From Klebsormidium nitens (taxonomy: Eukaryota; Plantae; Klebsormidiophyceae): DNA of 64,000 nucleotides. A program made the translations under genes and the position numbers. The stretch lies in NCBI GenBank assembly GCA_000708835.1, contig DF237095.1, positions 62,001-126,000 of the forward strand, given 5' to 3'. Within the stretch, counting starts at the first letter, position 1. Each line of letters begins with the position of its first letter. Below are positions 1-12,115 of the stretch, piece by piece. The notes under the pieces were generated by a model. That model was not told where the DNA came from, did no database searches, and worked only from the letters and a program-made list of their open reading frames with translations.

Positions 1-92
1 AAGCAGAAGCTGTCTGCAAATAAGAACAAAAACAATGTCTAAAAGTACCCTCAAACTACAAGAGCACCTCGAAACGCAGACTTTTCATCCAG

Positions 93-3000
93 GCGTTTGC
101 CGGTCGCGGCGCGCCCCCTGATTCCGGGGAGATTCAGCTGTCCTTTGGGAGCCTGCATACGGAAAGCCTTTCCACCAGCCGAAAGCTCCTACGTATACAG
201 TGTGAGCTTCGTCAGAGCATCGAGAAGGTTTTCTGGAGCGAGTCCGACACCATTTTTGATGAATTTGGAATTGCATAACGCGAAATAAGGTTGTCGGTCG
301 CTCTTAGATTGGAGAACTGAATGTCTTCTCACGGTTTGCGTCGATTGACTGCTCTGGTATAAGAAGGATGCCTTTAAGGAAATATTTTACCTTCTAGCCT
401 AAAAATGTTTTTTGAATGGTCAAGCACCTCGGCAAGGATCGTATCAAAACGGGTGAGAAACGCAAAACGATTTGAATCTTGAAACGGTTCCGCTACCTTG
501 CTCAATCTGATACAACTCAAGATAGCCCGACTCAAAGCTCAACCACGAATTTCAATCAAGTGCCGAGCAGCCGTGTTTCCCCGCACCACGAACTTGACGC
601 TGGTTGTTTTCCCCTTTGCAGCCCCGTTACCCATAACCGGGCCCGCCCGAACCGCGCTGGTTAATATCTTCAACAACTGCTCTTCGCCAGTTGGAATCAC
701 TTTAGCGAGCAATACGACCAACGGCGACTTCTGGCGCATCTTCCAGCCCAATGGAGGCCCCCTCGCGCCCTCGCCCGCGACGTTCAACATAGCGCCCGGC
801 GGCGCGCAGAACAACCTGCTGCTGATCAACACTTCGCCGTTCCCTTCGGTAGGTAATCTGCTTCTACTTCAAAAACACGTTTTCCCAGGCGGAAGGTCAA
901 TCGCTCCGGATCCGGAATCATGCATGATTCCGACGCCGGTGATTCACTTGCTCAATCCCGAGTCATGCTAATTTTGAAGGCGGTGTATCTTGTCATTCCA
1001 GATTCGTAGGTTTGACAAGAGCACGTTCGCCTTGTCCTTCCGCTTGGATTCAGCCATGCACCTCAAATCTGTTTTGTCGTTCGATCGCTTTGGATCCTTC
1101 TGACGTTGGATTCCTTATGCCTCCTATCAGAGTATATGAGGAGATCAGATGAGTTAGAGGCCTGGGTTTCGGAAGACCCCGTTATTCATATCCTTCCCCT
1201 CTGCAACCTACATATTTGGGCTCTCGAAAATCAGAGACAGGGAAAGCTTGGCCTTACACTCCGGTAGCCGTTGATCGCATGCGTAAGACGGATCTCAAAT
1301 TGTAAAAGCAAGGTTTCTGGATCAGGATCGGAGATGCGATGCGATTTATTCACCTGTATCTGACTCTTCAGCAGCTTATGAACAAGAATGAGATACCCAT
1401 TACCCGCGCTCTTCTTTCCGCGAAAGAGAAGCGCAAGACGTAGCCGGCTTCAATATCCCTGAAATCAGAATCTATCATGGATAGCAACGTAAAAGACTTC
1501 CTTATTCTGCCTTCATCGCTGATACTCTACCCATATTTCTTTAGCAGAGGAACCCGCGCGTGGGGGGCATTCTCGCAACCCCCGTTCCGCCCACGCTCGT
1601 TCCGCCCAGTCCGCCCGGCGTGGACGGACTCCTCATTAGCAGCACCACCGACCCGTTTGCGGCAAGCACCGTCACCCTCCCGGGCGCGCCCGGGTTTTTC
1701 ACATTCGCCGCGGCGCAGAGCGCCAATGCCAGTGTAACCGCGGCCCCGGTTGTCATCGCTGTGACGATCTTTTGCCCCCGCTTACTGCCCGGGACGACCC
1801 CCCCGGTCACGACTCCGCCGGTTGGGGGGGTGGTGACTCCACCTTTCAACACCCCCCCGGTCACGATTCCCCCGGTCACAACTGCCCCGGTCACAACTGC
1901 CCCGGCCACCACTGCCCCTGTAACAACCGCCCCGGTCACAATTGCCCTGGCTACGACTGCCCCGGCAACCACTGCCCCGGTCACAACTGCGCCTGCGCCC
2001 GGTAAGAAGCTTCATCAGAACCTTTCTGCTGTGCATACGTTATTCGTTTTCAACGCCCTGATTCTTTCTTTCTTCCGTAAGAACTTACCAGAGGACTGCT
2101 GCTTGTGACTTTTCGCTTTCAAAAATGGGTCCCCAAGGAGCATCCAACCGGAACTCTGTTGATGCGATTCATCCATCTGATCGGAGCAACTTGAAGATAT
2201 GCTTGAATGCAGCTTGTCTCAATTACGCACAGGGTGTCCGATCCTAGCTCCTCGCAACGTGGCAGATTTTCCAGTTCAGATGGGCATGCTGAACCACAAG
2301 CCCCCTGGATTTCCTCCTGAATCAGATTTGTGCGAAGCATGATCGGTGTAACCTGAAAGCTTGAATATCGTCCATCTTTGACGTTGGGCCTGCCTCCGCA
2401 AATATGTCAGCCAACTCAATACCATGTGCGGGCTCGTCTTACTTCAGCTCTTCTTTCTGGGTGCCACCAGATAACTTCGACCTAAGAACGGGACAGAAAT
2501 CCCTGAGCCGCCCCGTTTGGGGGGGGCAGTTTGCTAGCTCCGTCTCCGCAGCCCGGGAGGAGCGAATGAGCATTTCACTAACCACATGTAGTTAGTTTTC
2601 GGGCTAACCTTTTCCCGAAAGGCTTAATCCTTGCTTCTCTAACAGGTCCGGGCCCTTCAAGTTCTCCCCCACCGTCTTCAACCGCCCGAGTGACAATCAC
2701 CAATGCGTGTTCGACGCCCGTGAAAATTTTCCTGGCCAGCAATCAAACCAACAACGACTTCTGGCGGCTTTACAACCCGGCTACCGATACGGCGACTGCG
2801 GAAGTTCCGTCTCCGTTTGACATTCCGGTCGGCGGATCGCAGGCAAACCTGCTCCTGGTCAATACTGACCGTACGAGACCAGTAAGAGATCTCTGAAGGA
2901 CTGGCGCCTGCGAGAGTGTGCTTTGCTTAGACAATCTTTTAAGCATGCATACTCTCCAAACCACCCCCCCTGTTCTAGTGATTGTTTTATACACTTCCCT

Positions 3001-4165
3001 TTGTAGAACGGGTCGTTTGAGTATTTTCTGGTTTTTCTTCTATGCACCTTCCGGCTCGGGTGGTCGAACATGCTAAAACGTGCGCTTCCTATGCGCTTCC
3101 TGCTAGAACGGGTCACTAGAACCAGGGGGGTGTTTTAGAGTGATACGTTCTTCTGAGAGATCACCACTAAACTCCTGGCGGGTCCGAGTCGCTTCAACCT
3201 AATTACAAGCGGCACGAAACATGGAACACACCGAAGTAATAAAAATCAAGACAACAGCTGTGTCATTTCGTCTGTCGCGCAGCTCTCTACGCGCCGCGGT
3301 TACATCGGTGCGAAAGCCGCCGTCGGCCCTCTGATCGGCTCAACCAGTTCCACCGCCGGGCTAGATTTTATCGCCATCCGGCTCGACTCACCCACTGGCA
3401 TCTCCTCTCCGTTCGGACCCAAGCGGATCATCTTTACTTCAACAAGCAGATCCACCCTTACTGTTGCTCCCGCGGAAATCGCAGTGAGTTGTGTGATTGC
3501 CCCTGCGCTAGGCGGCCTCTCCCGGAGACGAAACCCTCTCCTAGTTTTTTGTAAATCCTCAAACCCTTGAAACCTACAACCCTAAAACCCCTTCTCCTGC
3601 ATCCACAGAAGCGGACACACGAAGAGCATGTGCTTTTGCATACTATGAAGCGCAAGGGACACGTTATTTCCACGTTGTGTGAAGGGGTGTTGGCCTGGGG
3701 GATCAGTCGTTGCTCAGTTTCTCAAAAGTTTGATACGCAGACGACTAGGAAGCTTGAGAGAATCTCGTGAAGATCGTGACGGGAGCCTGGAAACCCGACT
3801 TGCAGTACCGCTTTTATTGCCTCGTAAAGATAAGCTCAATTATAAGTTTCGTCGCTCTCCACGGCAACTCGACCTATTTCGCTTTTTTTGGGTGCAGCAA
3901 CCATTTGAACCAAAGCTTTTGATCAGAGGCAATCGCCATTGACTTGTGAACGCTTTTAACTGTGGCATCACCGCAAATCCTGAGGTTTTGCTACGTGAAA
4001 CTTCTCAAGAATGGGTGCTCGGATTTCGTTTCTGCTAGCGCACGCTCAAGCAAGTGCGTACTTCAAACCATGTGAGCTGGCAAGCTACTGCTCCAAAGCT
4101 GTTCCCAAGTTTTGATTACTTAACGCCGTTCGTCTTCCCAGGTGACGGTTTCCTGCGTTGCGTAG
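93..4165 (+). CDS. Secreted Pro/Thr-rich chimeric protein, gene 1 (5' end outside window): pro-region with RKLL, then AB domain, TTAP linker, second AB domain
   Basis: Phase-consistent GT-AG exons 93-201 (AFAGRG...SRKLLRIQ), 622-848 (NNCSSPVGITLASNTTNGDFWRIF...NLLLINTSPFPS), 1548-2001 (RNPRVGGILA...VTIFCP plus TTAP repeats), 2646-2881 (TNACSTPVKIFLASNQTNNDFWRL...), 3283-3483 and 4142-4165 (VTVSCVA*). Internally duplicated and homologous to gene 4. The signal-peptide exon is presumably upstream of base 1. Confidence 0.75.
2952..3140. mobile_element. Small MITE-like element in an intron of gene 1
   Basis: ~30 bp imperfect terminal inverted repeats (ctctccaaaccaccccccctgttctagtga and tcactagaaccaggggggtgttttagag), non-coding interior, left flank TA and right flank TG (possibly a mutated TA target-site duplication). 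Confidence 0.45.
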
Positions 4166-5479
4166 CCCACGCTGCTACCAGTAGAGATCTGCCGGTGGGC
4201 ACCGCGGAACCGGTCCCTACCGTCACCCCATGCGCAGCAAAGGTCCCGGCAATTACCGCTACAAACCAGAACCTAGTTTAGGACCACACTTTAAGGCCAA
4301 GTCCACTGAACGGTTAAAAAGCCAAGTCCACTAGTCAACGGTTTAAGATTGTTGTCGCATAGAGCCCTAGTTTAAGAGCGCTCCGAACTTAAACGGGCAA
4401 CGAATTCTCTAGCATTCACGAAGGAGCTGCCGTTAAGAGCGTTTGAGTTTCAGTGGACACGACAGCCACGCTGAGTTCCAACTTGTATAGACATCGATCC
4501 GTGAGTCCTTCCAGATTGCGAAGCTCAAGCGTGCCAAAGCATCTTGGGTTGTTAAACCAGCGACATGTACTTCGGCATTCTATGAGAAAGTCGCCACGAA
4601 TCCTTCAATTGGGCGGTTCGCGAATCCAACGGATTATGAAACTCGTGATCTACTTACAAAACGAAGCCCTATGCAGACATGATAACACGATCCGTCTTGT
4701 TGACACTGTACTCTGAAATGAATGCCGTTGATGTAGACACACGATGGTTCTTAAAAATCCTGGCAGAAAGAGAGACATAGGATCACGTGCGCTCGCAAGA
4801 TTGCAGACTTGGGCTGTCTGCAAAGGCATCTGCGAAAGCATTTGCAAACTTTCATTTCGCCGATCTCGAAGTTTGTGACCCATCCGCGATCGTTTTCGGC
4901 AGCAACATCGTTTTGGTTTTCAGTAACCAGACATGACTACATGGTCAAAGATCCAAGTTATGAGCACCTTCTGGTTTTGTGATACACACATCGGCGGATC
5001 GAGCGCTGCAAATTCTAAGCCCGCCCATGAACAGCACCGCGGGCACACTCGTGTTTTTTCACGCCACAGTAATCCAAAAATGGGAACAAATTGGGAGAAA
5101 ACAAATCCCGTAAAAGTCTACACGAGACTTTTAAATCTTCTCTCGCATCATCCGCCTCAGCATCGCCTCTTGAGCCGGGCTCAGCTCGATGATCTGACGA
5201 CAGCAAAGCCGATTTTGTAAGGATAATTGGGAAAGCAGGCCGCAGTCGACGAAGCTGCCCTCCGTTGCAAAAAAGTAAAACATAAGGACATGAGGTGCAC
5301 CCATCGAAATGGTCGTGAACTCCATCTCGTGATCTATAGAGGCATCGAACTATTTTTGAAGAGCCTACAATAAGAGGTGCTTCAGTTGCAGGACGTTCGC
5401 AGAAAGGACAGCCAGGTTACGCAGGAGGGGACAGCCACGTGTACGCAGAAGGGACTGCCACGTGTACTCACCCTGCAGG

Positions 5480-6090
5480 CATCATTCTCACACTAAATAG
5501 GCGTTCGTCCAGGGCAGAACACCGCGTGCGTGCTTCTCCGCAAAGACTGGTCGCGAAAGTGTTTGAGTTGGGAGATTTATTGACGTCTACAAGAACGACA
5601 AAAAAGAGAAGATTACCTCGGAAGAAACAGGTTAACGGAAACCTTGTACTCGGCAACGAGGTTACTTTTCAGAGCCTCGATCTCGACGCAGCGCGAACGC
5701 GCCAAGTTCACTCGTTGGTTCGACGGTGGACTTGCTGGGGGCGCTTCAAGAGGACGGGCGTCTAACCACGTGGTCCCGCGGCGGCCACTTCGCATGACAT
5801 TCCGCCCGCGTGTCGCCAAGAATCTGGTCACGTGGGCTTACCCAATTCAGCCACCCAGACTGCGTGCATACGGGCCGGGCTATCTAGTCGCCGAGGCGTT
5901 ACTGGTCACAAGACGCCCCTTTTAAGACCTCGCCCAATTCCAAGGACTCGAGGCGGGCTTTTGACGGGGCGTCATAGTACGATAAAGGGGTGCGTTTTCA
6001 GGATCTTCGAGTCTAGCCCGATGCTCACGAGAATGGACGAGATGCACTGGAATCACGACCGAAACAAACACTGTGCTTAGCATCTCGGGC
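5480..6090 (+). pseudogene. Unidentified decayed ORF relic upstream of gene 2 (second copy at ~10930-11550)
   Basis: Frame-broken peptide blocks shared by both copies: VAK.F...DVYK..K...TSEETG, ET.YSATR, F..WF.GG.AG.A, K.SRR.FD and H...DRNKH. Stops and frameshifts in both copies. Family not recognised. Confidence 0.35.
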
Positions 6091-6621
6091 CGGTTTTAGA
6101 AAGAATCCGAGGCGCTGGCTCAACACCACGAGACAGGGAGCGCTTTTATCCGCAGCAATGGGGCTGCGGAGTTCTGCACTGTTGGGATGGTTGGAATGGA
6201 AAAAGCTGGGAATGCCGCGAGGACCTCGAACCGTACTATCTTGAAGCAGTTTTGGAATTCGAGAAAGCCCTGTACTTTGCAACATTCTGGTCGTCGGTGT
6301 ATATTGGTCCGTGACGCATCTGCATACCTTTCTTTGGGCGTTCTAGTCCCAGTCTTTCCAATGTCTGGTCTGGGCTTACCCATATAATCCGACACATCTT
6401 AGCCGCACTTCGTCCGACTTCATAGCTTGATTTGTACTTTACTGCAGCGAAGATGCAGCGATCTGGTCGTTTTTGAAAGCAAAGAGTCTGAAAAGCAGCT
6501 GTCACATGCGCTTCTTTCAAAAGCGCATTCCGCTTGAAGAACTGTCTTTATCTCTGCCTTTGATCATAGTCGGAGCTCTCAGAACCAATCGCAGGGGAAG
6601 GAGACAATCGGTGCGTGAAAA

Positions 6622-9600
6622 ATGGGGCCCGATCGCAGGATGCCGCTCTTTCTTGCAGGACTGCTGCTGCTGTCGGTCACTTGCGGTCACGTGAGCGCTC
6701 AGGTGAGGGACTCCTAGAAAGGAACCAACTCTTGACCGTTTCTCTTGTAAAGAGCGTAGAATGACTCGTATGTTTTGGCCTGCAGGCTCTGATTGATGCT
6801 TTCACAACCCTTGCTTCTCAATCTAGGAATCTAAGCAAGGAAACCAAAACAGACTGTCACTCTGATTCAATGTGCGGTTGGCATAAAAGAGACTAGAGCT
6901 GACGGCTTGACCGCTTCCGTGCTTGAGGAGCAGCATAACTTTCAAATTGAACTTGATATCGGTCACCAAGCAGAGACTGTCTGTCAGGATATCTCCGGAA
7001 AATGCTTCAGATATGCCCTCGATGTAGCCTCAACGTAGAGAACCTCTTAATACATAACAGTTGCTTTCCCGAGCGCGACGGCAAGCGGCTGCTGTAAGGT
7101 TTGATTCGTGAGAGGGGTTTCGAACATTCTCCTAGAATCCATGCAGACACGATTTTCGACATTGGGACAGGTTTCGGTTCCTCTGAGATTGGACCAGGGT
7201 CGTCTTGCAATCTCCTTTCTATTTGGACCGTTTGTTTAAAGCGCTCTTTGTTCCGTCTCCTTGCAACCTCTCTTGTCAGATTCCGGCCCCGACCCCGACC
7301 GGGACCATCCCGACCCCGACCGGAACCACCCCGACCCCGACCGGAACCACCCCGACCCCGACCGGAACCACCCCGACCCCCACCGGAACCACCCCGACCC
7401 CCGCCGGAACCACCCCGACCCCGACCGGAACCACCCGACCCGACCGGAACCACCCGACCCCACCGGACCACCCGACCCCGACCGGACTCCGCCCGACCAC
7501 GTCCGAACGCCNNNNNNNNNNNNNNNNNNNNGAACCCCGTACCCCCGACCCGGAACCACCCCGACCCCCGCCCGGAACCACCCCGACCCCGACCCCGGAA
7601 CCACCCCGACCCCCGACCCGGAACCACCCCGACCCCCACCGGAACCACCCCGACCCCCACCGGAATCACCCCGACCATCAAGCCCGTCACGGCCAACGTC
7701 GGGAACGTCAACTGCGCCGCCTCTAACGTCACCATCGGCCCGCAGCGCGTGGGCGCGTCTGTGCAGCAGCGCCGCGCGCGTGTCACGCCGTACGCGTTTA
7801 CGATCACCAATAACTGCGCGTCGCCCGGGACTCTGACACGTGTCACGCTCGCGGTGTTTCCCGTTGGGCCGCCAATCTACACGCTGCCCTACAGCATCTT
7901 CGGCTGCTTCCTCGTCAACGGAGAGTGCCAGCTGTTCCAGAACGTCTACTCCCAGCAGCTCAGCGCTACCGCGTGAGTGTTGGTTCTATCGTCTTTTTTT
8001 GTGACAGACTTGTGTAACGAGCACTTGCCTACTTGACGCATGAAATTACGTAAACACAGAAGATTTCTGATCTCAATCATGGATGAGCATGGGCTAATTG
8101 TGGAGCCGTTAGAAAATGATTATGTCCAGAAACTAGCCTTAATAAGCCTGGTCCATCAAGCCCGCTTATTTGTCCCTCGAGCTGAGACTCAAGTTTGAGA
8201 ACCAGCCTGACTAGCAGCCAACGTTCCCTGTGAGTGTTGGGGATTGTCTTCTGTTGTGACAGAAAAGACAAGTAAGGAGGGTTTGCCTAATGGATGCATG
8301 TGACGACGTTGAAAGTCTGTCAGCAGCTTACCTAGTGAGTCTTCGTTCCTGGTTCAGGTGCGCATCTGGTCTGGTCCGGTTCTGGTCCCCTAATCCCTGT
8401 GCGCGCTCAGCTCACGTCGGCTGCTTCCTTTTGAACAGGGTGTGCCAAGCAGGTATCTAAAAACGTGTGGCCGCCGCGCGCATCTCAGCCAGCAATTTCG
8501 CTTCCATTCTGGGTTCCTTTTCTCTATGCTTCTATTTCGGACTCCATTTCGATTTTCATTCTCGTCTGATCGCGACAGCTGGATAAAGCTCTGGGCTTCG
8601 AGGGGCTGTCGTGTCGTGTCGTCACTTCACAGCTGCTCGCTCGCGACCGTCCTCCCAGACTACATCTAGAAGAAGGTTTGCGGACAAAAAGCCGGAGAGC
8701 TGACATGTCGTGACGTCACCTGCCAGGTGTTCGAGCATAACCCTCTTCCCGGACTACACGTATACGCCGCCGGGCCCCGTCAATTGTACTCTTGGGCCCG
8801 ACCAGATTCCCGGGGGTCTGGCCCCGGGGCAAAGCTTGGACATCAACTTCTCCAGCTTCATCAACGTCAACATAAACCGCACCATTTTTAACTTCCAGGT
8901 CGCCTCCGCTACCTTCGCCCCCATCGGTGCCGCCGTCGGTAAGGTCCGAGTCGCACATAAAGCAAGAAATCTGGGTTACCAGGCTCCGTTAAGCAACTTG
9001 TGTGGTTGGTTAACTGCCCTTAACCAAGGGAACGTGATTGTAATTTGGTTCGATGCCCTTGACCAACCAACGTTAACCGTGGTTCAGAGCAAAAGCTTCC
9101 GGAAGTCACCGGCGCTCTAGCGCTTCCGGCTTTCAAGTATCACTTGATTTGAACGCTTTTCGCAGACGGATCTTCGCTTGTTGTGAGGCCAATCCTCGCC
9201 GGAGGGCTGATGGAGGGTCCGACGTGGTCCATTAGACACGCCCCGCACCTATCATCTTTACATCCATGTTTTCTCGCAGAGCTTTTATTCGAAATTTCTG
9301 CCAGTGCCCCCCAAAGTTGATCTGACAGTTCTTCATGTCGGCTTTGAAAACTTTTAACGTTTTGAATGCCCGCAGCAGTGCCGCAGCTCACCACACCACC
9401 ACCAGCTACTGCCGGCCCGGCCACAGCTGTTCCGGCGACTACTGTTACGGCCAAGACTGCCCCGGGTAAAGCTGCCCCGGGCAAAGCTGCCCCGGCCAAG
9501 ACTGTTCCGGTCAAGCCTGCCCCGGCCAAGACTGTTCCGGTCAAGCCTGCCCCGGCCAAGACTGTTCCGGTCAAGCCTGCCCCGGCCAAGACTGTTCCGG

Positions 9601-9650
9601 TCAAGCCTGCCCCGGCCAAGACTGTTCCGGCCAAGCCTGCCCCGGCGTAA
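6622..9650 (+). CDS. Secreted chimeric HRGP-like protein, gene 2: signal peptide, PTPTGTT repeats, 6-Cys globular domain, Lys-rich APAKTVPVKP tail
   Basis: Exons 6622-6702 (MGPDRRMPLFLAGLLLLSVTCGHVSAQ), 7280-7972 (contains the N gap and indels in the repeat), 8727-8938 and 9376/9379-9650 (NAGNAG acceptor). Splice phases 0/2/1 match paralogous gene 3. Confidence 0.75.
7512..7531. other. Assembly gap (20 N) inside the 21 bp PTPTGTT coding repeat
   Basis: Run of n flanked by irregular repeat units. Confidence 0.98.
9487..9647 (+). repeat. Near-perfect 30 bp coding tandem repeat (APAKTVPVKP, about 5 units)
   Basis: cctgccccggccaagactgttccggtcaag repeated; the first and last units carry single substitutions. 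Confidence 0.9.
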
Positions 9651-9736
9651 AGCGCCCCGGCCACGACCGGCGCCTTTGAAGAGATAACTCTTGTCCGGTC
9701 AAGGAACGCAGCAGAGTCACTAAGTGCTGCTGACCG

Positions 9737-9972
9737 TTTGAATAACGTACAGCGCGGCATAGCCTGGCAAGAAAGAAGTAATCAGACAGTCCGTGATTGG
9801 TGAGTCGTTTATAGCATTTGAATAACCTACACCGCAGAATAGCCTGGCAAGAAAGGATTGATCAGACAGTCCGTGCTTTGTGTGTCGTTTATAGCATTTG
9901 AATAACGTACCCAGAATAGCCTGGCAAGAAAAGATTGATCAGACAGGCCGGAACTTGTGAGTCGTTGTAGCA
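9737..9972. repeat. 80 bp tandem repeat x3 downstream of gene 2
   Basis: Units start at 9737, 9817 and 9897 (tttgaataac...atagcctggcaagaaa...gtcgtttatagca). One diverged copy occurs at ~15443-15510 after gene 3. Confidence 0.85.
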
Positions 9973-12115
9973 CCTCTGAGCGAGCTTGCTCGGAATACAC
10001 GAGATAATTAGATCGACATCGAAGATTATACATAGTCGTCGAATGGAATGTCAAACGCAGAGCTGCAGAGTTGCCATGCAATATGACTTGTAAAGGAACC
10101 ACTATTTAGAGGCTTGCTTGTCAACTTGAAACGACCCACGCCTATATATTGCATCGACACACCTGGAATGAAAGAGTGGCGTTTCCTCCTCGTAGCTTGT
10201 TCTCCTTAATACATGATCGGCTTGTTTGGTTGCGTCCTAAAACTGTCTGCTAAAATCTGTGTGAGGAAACGGTCTACAAGAAGCATTTCATGACGTACTC
10301 TTCAAGCATTGAACTGGGATTGGTGTAGGCGTCCGGATCCGAAGGGGTGCTTCAGGGATCAGCAGTGCCGTGCTAGCGCTCATAGCAGGACTTCAAAGAC
10401 AAAAGTACAATCTTGGCATATGAAAATTGCACGACTATGTGCGCGGCAGCTTGTAACGTTTGCAGCTTTAACGCTGGTCAATGGGAAGAGGCCGGAGTCA
10501 GACAAAAGTATGATGTAAGGGCCAAGACGCTTTACCGCATGCCACGCTCAATGAAGCGAAAATAGCCTCTAGATCAAGAGGTAGAAAGGGCACTTGACGA
10601 AAACAAGCAGAATCGGTGATCAAACGGGTCACGAGAAACGCTTCCGATTTGCGGGAGCCGCTTCTTGTTTCTCGAGAACCGGCCCCGAACGCAGACTGAT
10701 CGAATAGGGCCTACCTTTGGTTCTTCCGCTGCTTATCCGGAGCGGACCGTTCCGGTTTGGCGCCCGTTGGGCTCCTTCGAATCTTAGGGCACAATCGGAC
10801 ACGCACACACTGCTCCAACCAGCCGGCAGACATGCGTTGACTGTACGCATGCGTCGTAGTCTACAGAATTACCACAACGGAGGTACAGCCACGTGTATCA
10901 GTCTCCTTGCACAGTTAGGTGCAGCGATGCTGAGGTGTTCGTCCGGGGCGAGATTTTTAGAACACCAGGTGAGTGCAAATAATTGCATTTCCGCAAACTC
11001 CGGTCGCGAAAGCGTTTGATTGGGTGGTGAATGACGTCTACAAGAAAAAGAAGACGACCTCGGAAGAAACAGGGCAATCGATCGAAACGTCGTACTCCGC
11101 AACGAGATTTGATGCAGCTCCTGGCCTCGACTCGTGTTGGTCTCGCCGCAGCGCAGAGAATCTCGGGGCCCTTAACCTCGCACCCAAGATGTAGTTTCGA
11201 CGGCGTGTTCGTCAGGACGACGAAGGCCGGGTTAGTATAATATATCGTCGGAATCCGTAAAGTTTGCACCTTATGATTCGTAAAGTCCGCACCTGACGAA
11301 ACGCAGACTGGCCGTGCAACATCTTGGGTGCGAGGTCAAAGGGGCAGAGTACCGAGTTCGCTTCTTGGTTCCACGGTGGGATTGCCGGGAGCGCTTATTC
11401 TTCGCTCATTTCCAAGGAGTCGAGGCGAGATTTTGATCACGCTTTAGATGGCAAGGGGGTTTGTTTGCAGGATCTTCTGATCCTAGTCTCTCGATGCCCA
11501 TTGGAAAGTACGCACTACACTCCTGACCGAAACAAACACTATACCTAGCGACTCGAACCACTTTTGAAAGCAATCCGAGGCACTGATCCAACATTACGAG
11601 AAAGGGAGCGCTTTTTTCCGCAATATCGGGAATGGGCTTCTGCATTGTTGGCATGCTTAGAATGGAGGAAGCCGGGAATGCCGCGAGACCCTCGAACCGT
11701 ACTATGTTGAAGCAGTCCGCGATCCGAGAAAGCCCTGTACTTTGCAACAGTCTGATCGTCGGTATGTTTTCACATTTAGTCCGTGACGCATCTGTGACTT
11801 TCATTGGGCGTTCTAGATCCAGTCTTTTACCTTTCCAAAGGTCTCATCTGGTCATACCCATCTCCCACACAGCTGAGCAGCACTTCGTGGCTTGTTCCGT
11901 ATCCTACTGTAGCGAAGGTTGAGCGATCTGGTTGTTTCGAGTGCCCCAGTCTTTACTCTAGCAAAACGTCTGAAAAGCACGCAAGTCAAAAACGCTTCCT
12001 TCAACACATTTCTTCCAGCTAGTCCGCTTGAACAGCTGTCCTCAACTCAGGTGCACACCATCGGAGGAGCTCTGAGAAACAACCGCAGGGGAAGGAGACA
12101 CTCTGGTGCGTGAAA

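Larger units (their letters stand above)
5430..10290 (+). repeat. Segmental duplication, copy 1 (upstream region, gene 2 and 3' flank)
   Basis: Colinear similarity to 10885-15780 across upstream non-coding DNA, introns, exons and downstream DNA (e.g. ctgtgtgaggaaacggtctacaagaagc vs ctgtgaggggacggtttacaagaagc). Confidence 0.8.

Noticed and set aside
5430-5470. GCCACGTG G-box motifs at the start of both duplicated units (also ~10888)
   Set aside because: They lie about 1.2 kb from the ATG, the motif is common in GC-rich DNA, and there is no expression evidence.
7425-7640. Apparent frameshifts in gene 2 exon 2
   Set aside because: They cluster around a 20-N gap in a low-complexity repeat, and the reading frame is clean on both sides. 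Most likely an assembly or read-quality artefact rather than pseudogenisation.
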